Source: an uncultured Candidatus Saccharibacteria bacterium
GTDB taxonomy: Bacteria > Patescibacteriota > Minisyncoccia > CAIUEV01 > JAHKAQ01
Direction of reading: 5' to 3'
Length of the DNA: 50,458 nt
Assembly (NCBI GenBank): GCA_964598205.1
Contig: CAZRBB010000002.1
Coordinates: 1-50,458 of the forward strand
In this document: positions 11,877-22,178 of the stretch, in pieces
Position numbering within the stretch: the stretch's first letter is position 1
How the letters are laid out: each line of letters opens with the position of its first letter
Made by a program: the position numbers and the translations under genes
The notes under the pieces: model-generated
What the model saw: the letters and a program-made list of their open reading frames with translations, nothing else
What the model was told of the DNA's origin: nothing
Databases searched by the model: none

Positions 11877-14795
11877 ATGTTTGAACCGGTCAATCCTAGA
11901 GAAGATCTAATTGGACTAGAAAATAAAATTCTAAAGTTTTGGAAAGAAAACAAAACTTTTGAACGATCTATTCAGAATCGGGCGGAAGCGCCGTTGTATA
12001 GTTTCTTTGACGGACCGCCGTTTGCCACTGGCGTACCGCATTACGGCACCATTCTTTCTTCTGTGGCCAAAGATGTAGTGCCTCGCTATTTTACCATGAA
12101 GGGTTTTCGGATTGATCGGCGTTGGGGTTGGGATTGTCACGGGTTGCCAGCCGAACACATGGTGGAAAAAAAGTTGGGCCTAAAGTCCAAAGACGAAATA
12201 GAAACTAAAATTGGGATAGAAAAGTTTAACGCCGAGTGTCGGGAAGCGGTAACGCAAATGGCCGACGAATGGGAAGAAGTAATAGATAAAATCGGCCGTT
12301 GGGTGGATTACAAAAACGCTTACCGCACCATGGACGCTTCTTATATGGAGTCTGTTTGGTGGGCGTTTAAAGAGCTTTATTCCAAAGATTTAATTTACGA
12401 AGATACGCGAATCTCCCTGTACTGTCCGCGTTGCGAAACACCGCTTTCCAACTTTGAGATCGCCATGGACAACAGTTACGAAGACATTACCGATCGTTCG
12501 GTCTTTGTAAAATTCAAAATTACGGCCGGTCCTTACGCCGAAAATAGTCTTTTGGTTTGGACTACCACTCCTTGGACCTTGCCAGCCAACACTGCTTTGG
12601 CGGTAGGAAAAAAAATCACTTATTTGCGGGTCAAAACAGAGAAGCGGGAGACGCTGATTATTGCTAAGGACTTGGTCTCTGAACTAGAAGGCAAGTATGT
12701 AATTCTAGAAGAAATAAAAGGCAAAGACTTAGTTGGTCTTTCTTACATACCGTCTTTTTCTGGTTTTTCTTGTAAAAATGGTAAGGCGGATAATTTGCAC
12801 AAGGTTTTTTCTGGTGACTTTGTTTTTGCCAAAGAGGGTACTGGGATTGTGCACATTGCGCCGGCATTTGGAGAAGACGATTTTAATTTGGCGCAAAAAG
12901 AAGACATTCCTCTAATAGATAATCTAGATGGAAAAGCTCGGTATAAAGAGGGTTCGTGGGCAGGAGAATATATTTTTGAAGCCAATCCTAAAATTATAGA
13001 TGAACTTTCCGCTAAGAAAATCTTGTACAAAGAAAAAGAAATTACTCACTCTTATCCTTTTTGTCATCGTTGTCATACTAAGCTGATTTACAAAACCCAG
13101 CCGGCTTGGTTTGTAAAGATTTCTGATTTAAAAGAAAAATTAGTCGCGGCTAACGAAGAAATCAACTGGCGACCGCAATATTTAAAACATGGTCGCTTTG
13201 GTAAAGGTTTGGCTTCTGCCCCCGATTGGAATATTTCTCGTGATCGTTATTGGGGAACTCCTTTACCGGTTTGGCGTTGCGATACTTGCCGGCAAGCAGA
13301 AATCATGGGTTCTTACGAAGAGCTTTATCAGTTGAGCGGTCAAAAGCTAGAAGATTATCATCGGCCATTCATAGATAACATTGATTTTAAGTGCCAATGC
13401 GGTGGAGTGTTTAAGCGAATTCCTCAGGTGCTAGACTCTTGGTTTGAATCCGGCTCCATGCCTTATGCCGAGCGGCATTATCCCTTTGAAAACAAGGAAG
13501 ACTTTACCAAGAAATTCCCAGCCGATTATATTAGCGAATATATTTCTCAAACCAGAGCTTGGTTTTATGTACTACATGTTTTGGCAGTGGCACTTTTTGG
13601 CAAACCCGCTTTTAAAAATGTAGTGGCAACCGGCATTATTGCTGGAGAAGACGGTCGCAAAATGAGCAAGTCTTTGGGCAACTACACCGATCCCAAAAAG
13701 ATCTTGGAACAATACGGCGGGGATGCTTTGCGTTTTTATTTAATGAGCTCTCCGTTAATGGAGGCTAAGAATCTTAATTTTTTGGTAAAAGATATTGCTG
13801 AGGTTAAAAGAAAAGTAATTGCCACTTTTTGGAATTCTTATTCCTTCTTTGTAACTTACGCCAATGTGGATCATTACGAACCTAAGGAATTGCCTATTGG
13901 AGTAGGGTTGCAAAATATTTTAGACCGTTGGGTTCTAGCCGAACTGCATCTTTTTATTAAAAACTTTGAAGAAAAGATGGAGGACTATCGGCTAACGCGG
14001 GCTTCTCGGTTGATTGGTGATTTTTTGGACAAGCTTTCTAACTGGTACATTCGCCGAAGTCGGAGGCGTTTTTGGAAAAGTGAAAATGACACCGACAAAG
14101 ATCAGGCTTACGCAACGCTTTACGATGTTTTAGTTAAACTTTCGCAAGTAATGGCGCCGCTAATGCCGTTTGTGGCAGAAACGGTTTATAAAAATCTGAC
14201 TCAAAAGGAATCAGTGCATTTAACCGATTTTCCTAAGTGGGAAAAAAGTTTAATCGACGAATCGCTTTTAGAAAAAATGGCGTTAGCGCGAAGATCGGTG
14301 ACCTTGGCATTAGCCATTCGGGCCAAGGAAAAAATAAAAGCACGGAAGCCACTTTTGCGGATGTTTGTAAGCATAAAGGCATTAGCAGAAGATAAAGAAA
14401 TTGCCAAAATTATTGCCGAAGAGGTCAATGTAAAAGAAGTATTTTTTAGGGAAAAAGAATCGTTAAAACCAGAAAAAGAAATTAAAACGGCCAAAGAAGA
14501 AGATTTGGCGGTGGGATTAGACACCGAAATTACACCAGAACTAAAATTAGAAGGAGAGGCGCGGGAAATTATTCGCTTAATCCAAGAAATGCGGCGCCAA
14601 GCGGGTTATGAGGTAGATAATCACATAGTGATTGGTTACGGTGGTGGTGATGCAGTTTTTAATAGCTTTGGTTATTTGATTGTAAAAGAAACTCTAGCCG
14701 ACGAATTAAAAGCCAAAAAATTAGAAAATCCAGATCAGGAGAAAAAACTGTCTACTGATTCTGGCGATATTACGCTAACAATCAAAAAGGCCTAA
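11877..14795 (+). CDS. ileS: Isoleucyl-tRNA synthetase, type 2 (eukaryote-like)
   Basis: DGPPFATG.PHYG, GWDCHGLP, WTTTPWTLP, DWNISRDRYWGTP, KMSKS, WYIRRSRRRFW; C-terminus lacks the type 1 zinc finger. Confidence 0.96.
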   Translation: MFEPVNPREDLIGLENKILKFWKENKTFERSIQNRAEAPLYSFFDGPPFATGVPHYGTILSSVAKDVVPRYFTMKGFRIDRRWGWDCHGLPAEHMVEKKLGLKSKDEIETKIGIEKFNAECREAVTQMADEWEEVIDKIGRWVDYKNAYRTMDASYMESVWWAFKELYSKDLIYEDTRISLYCPRCETPLSNFEIAMDNSYEDITDRSVFVKFKITAGPYAENSLLVWTTTPWTLPANTALAVGKKITYLRVKTEKRETLIIAKDLVSELEGKYVILEEIKGKDLVGLSYIPSFSGFSCKNGKADNLHKVFSGDFVFAKEGTGIVHIAPAFGEDDFNLAQKEDIPLIDNLDGKARYKEGSWAGEYIFEANPKIIDELSAKKILYKEKEITHSYPFCHRCHTKLIYKTQPAWFVKISDLKEKLVAANEEINWRPQYLKHGRFGKGLASAPDWNISRDRYWGTPLPVWRCDTCRQAEIMGSYEELYQLSGQKLEDYHRPFIDNIDFKCQCGGVFKRIPQVLDSWFESGSMPYAERHYPFENKEDFTKKFPADYISEYISQTRAWFYVLHVLAVALFGKPAFKNVVATGIIAGEDGRKMSKSLGNYTDPKKILEQYGGDALRFYLMSSPLMEAKNLNFLVKDIAEVKRKVIATFWNSYSFFVTYANVDHYEPKELPIGVGLQNILDRWVLAELHLFIKNFEEKMEDYRLTRASRLIGDFLDKLSNWYIRRSRRRFWKSENDTDKDQAYATLYDVLVKLSQVMAPLMPFVAETVYKNLTQKESVHLTDFPKWEKSLIDESLLEKMALARRSVTLALAIRAKEKIKARKPLLRMFVSIKALAEDKEIAKIIAEEVNVKEVFFREKESLKPEKEIKTAKEEDLAVGLDTEITPELKLEGEAREIIRLIQEMRRQAGYEVDNHIVIGYGGGDAVFNSFGYLIVKETLADELKAKKLENPDQEKKLSTDSGDITLTIKKA

Positions 14796-14798
14796 GGC

Positions 14799-15004
14799 AG
14801 AGATATACTCTCCTTTAGCCAATATCCTTTTATTTTCGATACCTAATTCCTAAAAGATTCGCTTGGGCAGACACGGCTCTTAGTCTGCCTACGCGAATCT
14901 TTTAGGAATTAGGTCGAGCATGTCTAGTTGAGAGGACGAGCGTACTGGGAAAAAGATATTGACCAAGAGGAGAGCTTAGGTAGGCCAAAAGGAGAGTATC
15001 TCTG
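14799..15004. repeat. Modular palindromic intergenic element (copy A) with a 32-bp hairpin
   Basis: Outer CAGAGATATACTCTCCTTT / AAAGGAGAGTATCTCTG; inner stem 14841-14872 / 14883-14914 with loop ACGGCTCTTA; core GAGGACGAGCGTACTGGGA. Confidence 0.85.
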
Positions 15005-15017
15005 ACTTTATATAAAG

Positions 15018-15743
15018 ATGAGTGAGATTTTTAAAACCAAAGGATTGGTTCTAAGAAAAACATCGGCCTTGGAGTGGGATAATTTCTACGAAATCTTAAC
15101 CAAGAATTACGGCCGACTGTCGTTTTTTGCCAAAAGTGCGCGGAAATTAAAAGCCAAGCTAGCTCCCCATTTGGAGCCGGGGAGTTTTGTGCGTTTGGAA
15201 TTTGCGCCTCGGTATACCAGCGATAGCTACTTCCTAACCGGTGCCTCTTTAATTTTTCGACCTTCTTTTTCCAAAAATTCGGCGGCGCTTAATCTTTTAA
15301 TTCTTAAAGATTTGGAATTAACAGAAAGAATTTTGTCTCCCGCTACCACCGAGGCTACTCTTTTTTCTAAGACTTTTTCTTTAGCTCAAAAATATTTTAC
15401 CAAGCTTAATCCAGAAGAATTAAAAAATAAAAGGATCATTCTTTTACGGATTAATTATTTTTTAAAGTTACTGCATTTTTCGGGGCTATTGCTTGATTTT
15501 AAAAAATGTCTTTTTTGCGGTAAAAAATTAACCAAGACGGATTGCATATTTTATCAGCCAGAAGAAGGTGGTTTTATTTGCTGTAAAAAAGACGGTTTTC
15601 CGGTAAGTTTTGATTCCTTAAAGCTTCTTAATTTTTTGGCGCAGATTTCTTTTTTGGAAACCGAAAAATTAAAAATTGATTCAAAAACCAAAAAAGAGGC
15701 TTGGAAAATAATCTATAATCATTTACAATACTGCCTAGAGTAG
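15018..15743 (+). CDS. recO: DNA repair protein RecO
   Basis: N-terminal OB pattern GLVLR....E.D....ILT..YG.L...AKSARK..AKL..HLEP; CLFC zinc knuckle. Confidence 0.85.
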   Translation: MSEIFKTKGLVLRKTSALEWDNFYEILTKNYGRLSFFAKSARKLKAKLAPHLEPGSFVRLEFAPRYTSDSYFLTGASLIFRPSFSKNSAALNLLILKDLELTERILSPATTEATLFSKTFSLAQKYFTKLNPEELKNKRIILLRINYFLKLLHFSGLLLDFKKCLFCGKKLTKTDCIFYQPEEGGFICCKKDGFPVSFDSLKLLNFLAQISFLETEKLKIDSKTKKEAWKIIYNHLQYCLE

Positions 15744-15744
15744 A

Positions 15745-17688
15745 GTGATTTTAAAAAACAAAATGGAGTTAAAAAAAATAGCAGAGAAGCTTTATTCTAG
15801 GTCTAGCAACATGCCTCTTCGGCCACATCATTTTGACCCCCTAGACCCTCGCGGTTTGTCTTTACAAAAAAGTAAAACTGTTAATCCTCAGGATCAAATC
15901 TTAGGTGCTCCCGAAACAACTCAAGCTCAAAAAAGGTATTTTTTAAAAGGTTTATTCGCCGTTATTTTTCTTTTCTTAACTTTTTTGTGCGGTTACGGCA
16001 TTTATGTTTACAGAAAGGCTTCTTTTTCTCCAGAAAAAGTATTGGTTTCCTTTGATCTTCCAGAAGAAGTAGAGGTGGGGCGAAATTTTTCCTTTAAGGT
16101 CTTGTACCATAATAATAATCGGGCCGATTTAGAGGAATGTTTTTTAAAGCTTTCTTTTCCTGATTCGCTAGAAATATTAGAAAGCGATAAGCAATCCCTA
16201 GAAGCTAGTTCTGGTTTTGTTGTTTATAAAATGGAAAAGATTGTTGGTGGAGAAAATGGAATCATTACTTTACAGGGTCGCCTAACAGAAAAGAAAGAGG
16301 CGTTGATTTATCCGGAGATCAGTTTTTCTTATAAGGTAAAAGGAAAGACAAAGATAATTACCAAAAAAGAAAAACAAGGGTTAAAAATAGCTGCTCCCAA
16401 GTTATTTTTGGAATTAGAAGCCACTCGTCAAGCAGCTTCTGGTGATTTTGTGGAGTACTTGGTGCGTTTGGCCAACAATACCGCAGAAAATATAAGCGGA
16501 GTAGATGTTGTTTTTAAATACCCTCCAGGATTTAGCTTTACCAGATCAGTTCCTGATTCCGTTCCTGGATCAAGTCATATTTTTCGCTTTCCTACTATTT
16601 CTGCCAAAGAGAATTTGGAAATTAGCGTTAAGGGAACTCTTTCTGGGTATTCTTTGGAAAATAAAATTGTTTCTGTGGAAGCTGGGTTCAGAGAGGGGGA
16701 AAAATTAACAGTTTTAGCTCAGGAATCGGCGCAAACAGAAATGATCACTTCTCCACTTTTAATTACTCAAGATATTGATTTTACTGGGGGAGCGGAGGGA
16801 TCTCTTAATTTTGATCCAGGAGATTTGGTGGGCTTTAAGGTAAAATACGAAAACACCAGCGATATCCCCATGAAGGAAGTAGTGGTGAGCGTGGACTTGG
16901 AAGGAAAGGTGGTTAATCCAGATGCGGTTAAAGTAGAAGACGGAGGAAGTTTTGATCCGGTTAGTGATCGAATCACTTGGAGAGGATCAACTACTCCAGA
17001 ATTGAATTTGATGAATCCCAAGCAAAAGGGGGAGTTTGAATTTTCATTAGGAATCCTTTCGCGACTACCGGCCGAATCATTAGAAGACAAAAATTTTGAA
17101 ATTTCTTCGGTGGCTCAAATTGACAGTCCCGATGTGCCCACCCCAATTGGTGCTAATAAATTAGTTTCTTCTAATAAAAAAACACTTAAAATTAATACAA
17201 AAGTTATCCTAGAGGCTTTTGGTTTTTACAATGACGACCTAGTCTCTAATGCTGGACCGTTACCTCCCAAAGTGGGCGAAGAAACAACATACTCTATTCA
17301 TTGGAAGGTGGCTAATATTAATAATGACCTAACCAAGAGTTCCATTAAAGCGGTTTTGCCAGAATATATTTCTTGGAAGAATAAATTTTATCCTGCTCGT
17401 GCTGGTGAAATTTCTTATAACGAGCGAACTAGGGAGGTTATTTGGAATATTAACAACATTCCCGCCCAAACAGGAACACAGCTAGAAGCTAAAGAGATTG
17501 TTTTTCAGGTAGGACTTACTCCCAACAAAGAACAGATTGGATCTTCGCCAATCCTTGTTGGAGAATCTATTTTTACTGGGACAGATGCTTTTACTCAAAA
17601 GCAATACATCTTAAAGAAAGATCTCATAAATATTACACTTCCCTCTGATGAAAGCATAGGGGACAAAGAAGTTAAGGTTGTTGAATAA
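15745..17688 (+). CDS. Membrane-anchored hypothetical protein with repeated Ig-like (DUF11-like) beta domains
   Basis: Single TM near aa 66-88; repeated Y.N...L..P and W motifs; start may be ATG 15763. Confidence 0.75.
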   Translation: MILKNKMELKKIAEKLYSRSSNMPLRPHHFDPLDPRGLSLQKSKTVNPQDQILGAPETTQAQKRYFLKGLFAVIFLFLTFLCGYGIYVYRKASFSPEKVLVSFDLPEEVEVGRNFSFKVLYHNNNRADLEECFLKLSFPDSLEILESDKQSLEASSGFVVYKMEKIVGGENGIITLQGRLTEKKEALIYPEISFSYKVKGKTKIITKKEKQGLKIAAPKLFLELEATRQAASGDFVEYLVRLANNTAENISGVDVVFKYPPGFSFTRSVPDSVPGSSHIFRFPTISAKENLEISVKGTLSGYSLENKIVSVEAGFREGEKLTVLAQESAQTEMITSPLLITQDIDFTGGAEGSLNFDPGDLVGFKVKYENTSDIPMKEVVVSVDLEGKVVNPDAVKVEDGGSFDPVSDRITWRGSTTPELNLMNPKQKGEFEFSLGILSRLPAESLEDKNFEISSVAQIDSPDVPTPIGANKLVSSNKKTLKINTKVILEAFGFYNDDLVSNAGPLPPKVGEETTYSIHWKVANINNDLTKSSIKAVLPEYISWKNKFYPARAGEISYNERTREVIWNINNIPAQTGTQLEAKEIVFQVGLTPNKEQIGSSPILVGESIFTGTDAFTQKQYILKKDLINITLPSDESIGDKEVKVVE

Positions 17689-17986
17689 AATGAATTGGTT
17701 TTTAAAGTTTCTTTTAAAGCTGGGAGTAGTTTCTCTTTTGGTTTTTTTGGCATTCAAAGTATTTACTGCCAATCAACAAAAGCCTAATGATTCTTTTAAT
17801 TACCAACCAAAAGTTGGCTTTTTATCAACAAGCACAAATCGCATCAAAGGCTGGGGCAAAGATTTGGCTCATAGGGCAAAGCGATTTATTTATCATGAGG
17901 CAGAAGTTCATAATCCAGCAGGAGACGCTCTTCCAGACCAGTGGGATGATATCTTTTTGGACTATTTAAAGAAGAAATTCTCTTGA
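17678..17986 (+). CDS. Small hypothetical membrane protein
   Basis: N-terminal hydrophobic segment; probable start ATG 17690; packed in the operon. Confidence 0.6.
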   Translation: MLNKMNWFLKFLLKLGVVSLLVFLAFKVFTANQQKPNDSFNYQPKVGFLSTSTNRIKGWGKDLAHRAKRFIYHEAEVHNPAGDALPDQWDDIFLDYLKKKFS

Positions 17987-18041
17987 TTTGAGTTTTTTCT
18001 AAATTATGTTTTAATTACGGGCTAACTTTAAAACTTTCTTT

Positions 18042-18839
18042 ATGAATTTTTTTCAAAAAGTCAAAGCCGCTTTGCCCTTAACTCTTTTAGGAGGGGTTCT
18101 TTTTTGGGGATTCTATTTTTTTTCTCCAGCAGAATATTGCTCAAAAGGAGTTCTTTTGCTTGTTCCCAAGGCAGAAAATAAAGAAGATTTGGAAAGAGCG
18201 ATTAAGCTTAATCAAGAGCTTTTAAAAAGAGTGCCTCTTTTTAGCCAAAGCGCACTACTGAAAAATAAAATAGAAGAAAACAGAAAGGCAAGTTCTAACA
18301 AGTCCTTTATTAGTGGAAATGTTGGAAAAGTGTCCGTGGAAACCGACAGGCGGACATTGGCAATTGGTGTTTTGGTTATTAACCAAACCAGAAAAGAAGC
18401 TATTGACTCAAGAGATCTTTTTATAAAAACATTTAAAGATAATTTTTCGGAATTTTTTAATTTTTCTTCTGTCACGGAAATAAAGACTTTATCGGCAGAA
18501 GATACTGCTTTTACTTGCAGGGAAAGAATCTGGTATTATCCGTTATTAGGAGCGCTTGTGGGATTTTTAACTGCGTTTTTGGCCTTCTCTTTCCCCAAAA
18601 AACCTTCCCAGAAGAAACCTTCTATAAAGGTTAAGCTAAAAGATAGCTGGCAAAAAGCTCCCTCTCTTCCACTAGAAGATCATAATATCTTTAAAAAAAC
18701 AGAAAAAAAATCTCCAAATAAACTTTTAGAAAAGGAGGAAGATCCAATTCTTAAAAAAGATTTTCCCGAAGAGGAATTTCAAGAAGACGAAACAAAAATA
18801 AAAGAAAGACTTAATCGTTTGATCAATGGAGAATTTTAA
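18042..18839 (+). CDS. Two-TM protein with Wzz/CapA-like topology
   Basis: N- and C-terminal TM segments around a soluble loop, acidic C-terminal tail. Confidence 0.6.
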   Translation: MNFFQKVKAALPLTLLGGVLFWGFYFFSPAEYCSKGVLLLVPKAENKEDLERAIKLNQELLKRVPLFSQSALLKNKIEENRKASSNKSFISGNVGKVSVETDRRTLAIGVLVINQTRKEAIDSRDLFIKTFKDNFSEFFNFSSVTEIKTLSAEDTAFTCRERIWYYPLLGALVGFLTAFLAFSFPKKPSQKKPSIKVKLKDSWQKAPSLPLEDHNIFKKTEKKSPNKLLEKEEDPILKKDFPEEEFQEDETKIKERLNRLINGEF

Positions 18840-20241
18840 ATTAAAAAGAGGAGTTCTAATTTTAATAGTTGTTTTTTTTGTTTTTGTTTTGGGTTTTTTG
18901 GCTTTTTATTTTATAGGGAAAAGTAGAATAGGACTAGATAGTGTTCCTAGGGATTCATCTTCTGGCGCCAAGACTGATATTCCTCACGGAGAAACAGCAG
19001 TCAGCGATCTGAATTTTTGGGAATTTTACCAGGCCATCTCTAATAGTGACGGAGAAAAAAATTATTTGGCGCTTTTTCAGAACTCAATGGAGTTGCGACC
19101 AGGTGGTGGTTTTATTGGTTCATTTGCCTTGGTAACTGTGGAAAATGGGAAAATAAAAGAAAAAAAGATTTTTGATACCGGCATTTTTGATGGCTATATA
19201 AAAGGGAGCGGTGAACCGCCTTATCCAGTAAAAAAATTCCTAACCTCTCCGGAGTTGGGAATTAGAGATGCTAACTGGTCGCTCGATTTTCCAACGAACG
19301 CTAAATTAATTACTGATCTTTATCATAAGAGTGGGGCTACCGAAAAAATTGACGGAGTAATTGGAATTACCACGGAAATTTTGCCTTTCTTTTTAGAAAA
19401 AACCGGACCAATTATTCTTTCTGGAGTTCCTGGAGAATTTACTGCCAAAAATTGTTTAGAAAAACTGGAATACGAGGTGGAGTGGAACTATCCGCAAAGA
19501 GGAGTAGAAAAAAAAGATCGCAAGCAAATATTAACTGATCTTACAGAGAAAATATTGGATTTTTTTAAAAACCAAAACAAGCTAGAACAGATTGCTCTCT
19601 TGGACGACTTAAAGGCTTTGCTTAAACAAAAAGAAGTCCAGTTATTCTTTGATGAACCAACTTTAGAAGCTTATGTTCAAAAAAATGGTTGGGGAGGAGA
19701 GATGGCTCCTTCCCTAGAAAGCGACTATCTTTCTTTAGTAGATGCCAATCTTGGCGCCTTAAAAACTGATCGTTGTATTTCTCGGGATTTTTTATACAAA
19801 GTGGACTTCTCCTTACCCAAGGAGCCAAAGGCATCCCTAGAAGTAACCTATAAGCATAATTGCAAAGAGAAAGACTTTATGACAGACAATTATCATAGCT
19901 ATTTGCGGGTTTATACTAGGAACGATGCTTGGCTTTCTAAGACAGAAGGGTTCGATGCCGGCCGTTTAGACGAAATAATGAAGGATAGGAACGATGCGGT
20001 GATTGAAAGAGAGAAAGACAAAGTGGCTTTTGGCAATTTGGCGTTCGTTTTTTTAGGACAAGAAAGAAAATACAGCTTTTTTTATACGCTTTCTCCTGAA
20101 CTGACTTTAGATAGTTATCAACTGGTTTTTCAAAGACAGGCGGGAATGAATCCCCCTCACCTTAAAGTGGTGATTAAAGACGCCAAGAAAGAAACCACGC
20201 TTTTTGACGGAGAGGCAAAGAGCGATCTTTTGATTAAATAA
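18826..20241 (+). CDS. DUF4012-like membrane-anchored protein
   Basis: YLALFQNSMELRPGGGFIGS, RDANWSLDFP, IDGVI, DANLGALKTD, YLRVY. Confidence 0.8.
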   Translation: MENFKLKRGVLILIVVFFVFVLGFLAFYFIGKSRIGLDSVPRDSSSGAKTDIPHGETAVSDLNFWEFYQAISNSDGEKNYLALFQNSMELRPGGGFIGSFALVTVENGKIKEKKIFDTGIFDGYIKGSGEPPYPVKKFLTSPELGIRDANWSLDFPTNAKLITDLYHKSGATEKIDGVIGITTEILPFFLEKTGPIILSGVPGEFTAKNCLEKLEYEVEWNYPQRGVEKKDRKQILTDLTEKILDFFKNQNKLEQIALLDDLKALLKQKEVQLFFDEPTLEAYVQKNGWGGEMAPSLESDYLSLVDANLGALKTDRCISRDFLYKVDFSLPKEPKASLEVTYKHNCKEKDFMTDNYHSYLRVYTRNDAWLSKTEGFDAGRLDEIMKDRNDAVIEREKDKVAFGNLAFVFLGQERKYSFFYTLSPELTLDSYQLVFQRQAGMNPPHLKVVIKDAKKETTLFDGEAKSDLLIK

Positions 20242-20421
20242 CGAATTTTTAGTTATTCCTCTAGTTTCCAAAGTCTTAAGCTTTTTAGGCAAAGTAAAGC
20301 AGGAACAAGGTGGAGCGAGGCCCGGTCGAGGACGAACGAACTGGGAAAAGAACATCGTTTCAGAAAAGCTTATTTTAAAGTTCGTAATTTAATCGAAATT
20401 CAAAACTAGAAATTCAAAATT
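20240..20421. repeat. Modular palindromic element (copy B, minus orientation) with heptamer flanks
   Basis: GTGGAGCGAGGCCCGGTCGAGGACGAACGAACT is the reverse complement of the core at 47584 and 28795; TCTTAAGCTTTTTAGGC is shared with 47639-47655. Confidence 0.8.
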
Positions 20422-20463
20422 GGTCCGTTGTGCTATAATCGGGAATGATTTAATTTTGTTTTT

Positions 20464-21243
20464 ATGGCGCAAGTAATTGCTTTAGTAAATCAAAAAGGAG
20501 GGGTGGGGAAAACCACCACTGCCGTTAATTTGGCGGAATATCTTTCTCAAAAGGGAAGGATGGTTTTATTGGTGGATTTAGACCCCCAGGCTAACGCTAC
20601 GAGTGGCATTGGATTAGATAGAAGCCAGTTAGTTGCTGGAGTTTACGACGCCATGACCAAAAGAGTTCCAATTGCTAGAGCGATTTATAAATCCCCAGGA
20701 ATTGGTTACGAAATTATGCCATCTTCTGCTGATTTGGCGGGAGTGGCAATTGAATTAACGGGAATGTCTCGGAGGGAATATTTTTTAGCAGAAGTGTTAA
20801 ACCAGGTTCGTTCTCGTTACGACTATGTAATTATAGACAGTCCTCCTAGTTTGGATCTCTTAACCATTAATGGTTTGGTCTCCGCCGATGGAGTAATTAT
20901 TCCTGTACAGTGCGAATATTACGCTCTAGAAGGCTTGAGTCGTTTATTAGAAACAATTAGTTTAATTAAAAAAGGATTAAAGCCAGAACTAAAAGTAATC
21001 GGTGCTCTTTTAACAATGTACGACAAGCGCAATCGATTAAGCCGGCAGGTGGTTAAGGAAGTACAGAACAATTTTCCCGGTTATGTTTTTGAATCGATTA
21101 TTCCTAGAAATGTGCGGCTTTCAGAGGCTCCTAGTTTTGGAAAAACCATTCTAGATTTTGCTCGGCTTTCTAAGGGGGCACGGGCTTATGGAAATTTGGC
21201 TAAAGAATTGATCAAGCTAGAACTAATCAATCAAATCAATTAA
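20464..21243 (+). CDS. parA: ParA/Soj ATPase
   Basis: NQKGGVGKTTT, DLDPQANAT, IIDSPP, PVQCEYYALEG, IPRNVRLSEAPSFG. Confidence 0.96.
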   Translation: MAQVIALVNQKGGVGKTTTAVNLAEYLSQKGRMVLLVDLDPQANATSGIGLDRSQLVAGVYDAMTKRVPIARAIYKSPGIGYEIMPSSADLAGVAIELTGMSRREYFLAEVLNQVRSRYDYVIIDSPPSLDLLTINGLVSADGVIIPVQCEYYALEGLSRLLETISLIKKGLKPELKVIGALLTMYDKRNRLSRQVVKEVQNNFPGYVFESIIPRNVRLSEAPSFGKTILDFARLSKGARAYGNLAKELIKLELINQIN

Positions 21244-21254
21244 AATAAAATAAA

Positions 21255-22178
21255 ATGCAACAAGGAGGACTAGGGAGAGGGCTGGCGGCTCTGATCCCGG
21301 ACAGTATTAAAAAAGAAATAGAAGAAGATAAAAGAGAAAATTCGGGAGCGGCTACTGTTTTGGTGCCGAAAGAAGTGCCAGAAGGTCAAATCCAAGAAAT
21401 TCCTTTAGCCAAAATATCGGCTAATCCAGACCAGCCTCGAAAGAATTTTAACGAGGAAGAATTAAAAAAATTGGCTGAATCTATTAAGGAACATGGGCTT
21501 TTGCAACCAATTTTAGTGACCTCTTTGGGGGATGGTTTTTTTCAAATAATTGCTGGGGAACGACGATTCCGGGCTAGTCAAATGGCGGGCTTGGCTACCA
21601 TTAGAGCTGTGGTAAAAGAGGCGGACGAATTAAAGAAAATGGAACTAGCTTTGGTGGAGAATATTCAAAGGGAAAATCTTAATCCAATAGAAGAGGCGAG
21701 GGCGTATCAGGCATTAATTAAAGAGTTTCATTTAACTCAAGAAGAAATTTCGGAAAAGACCAAAAAGGGAAGATCCACTATTGCCAATTTGTTGCGCTAC
21801 TTAAAGCTTCCTATGGAGATTCAAGAAGCAATGATCCAAAAAAGAATAGACGAAGGTCACGCTAAAATTATTGCTGCCCTAGAAGATCCAGAAGCGCAAA
21901 TGACTTTATTTAGAAGAACGGTAAAAGATGCCCTAACGGTAAGAGATTTGGAAAATCTAACCAAAGAAATAGAGGTGCGTGGACATCAGAGAGCAGTGGC
22001 GCGAACATTATCACCGCTTTTGGTTCAAAAAGAAAAAAGACTTTCCGACATTTTAGGATTAAAAACTAAAATTAAACCGGGTAAAAAAGGAGGAAAGATT
22101 GTTTTGGAATATTATGGCGAAGACGACCTAGATAGGATTTTGGAACTATTAGATAACGAAAATTCCACCGAAGTCTAA
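21255..22178 (+). CDS. parB: ParB/Spo0J partition protein
   Basis: GLGRGL..LI, NPDQPRK.F, IIAGERRFRA, ALVENIQRENLNPIEEA, HTH. Confidence 0.96.
   Translation: MQQGGLGRGLAALIPDSIKKEIEEDKRENSGAATVLVPKEVPEGQIQEIPLAKISANPDQPRKNFNEEELKKLAESIKEHGLLQPILVTSLGDGFFQIIAGERRFRASQMAGLATIRAVVKEADELKKMELALVENIQRENLNPIEEARAYQALIKEFHLTQEEISEKTKKGRSTIANLLRYLKLPMEIQEAMIQKRIDEGHAKIIAALEDPEAQMTLFRRTVKDALTVRDLENLTKEIEVRGHQRAVARTLSPLLVQKEKRLSDILGLKTKIKPGKKGGKIVLEYYGEDDLDRILELLDNENSTEV

Noticed and set aside
20107..20355. 82-aa minus-strand ORF and other short antisense ORFs in the track
   Set aside because: They overlap well-supported genes or the repeat element and have no recognisable motifs.
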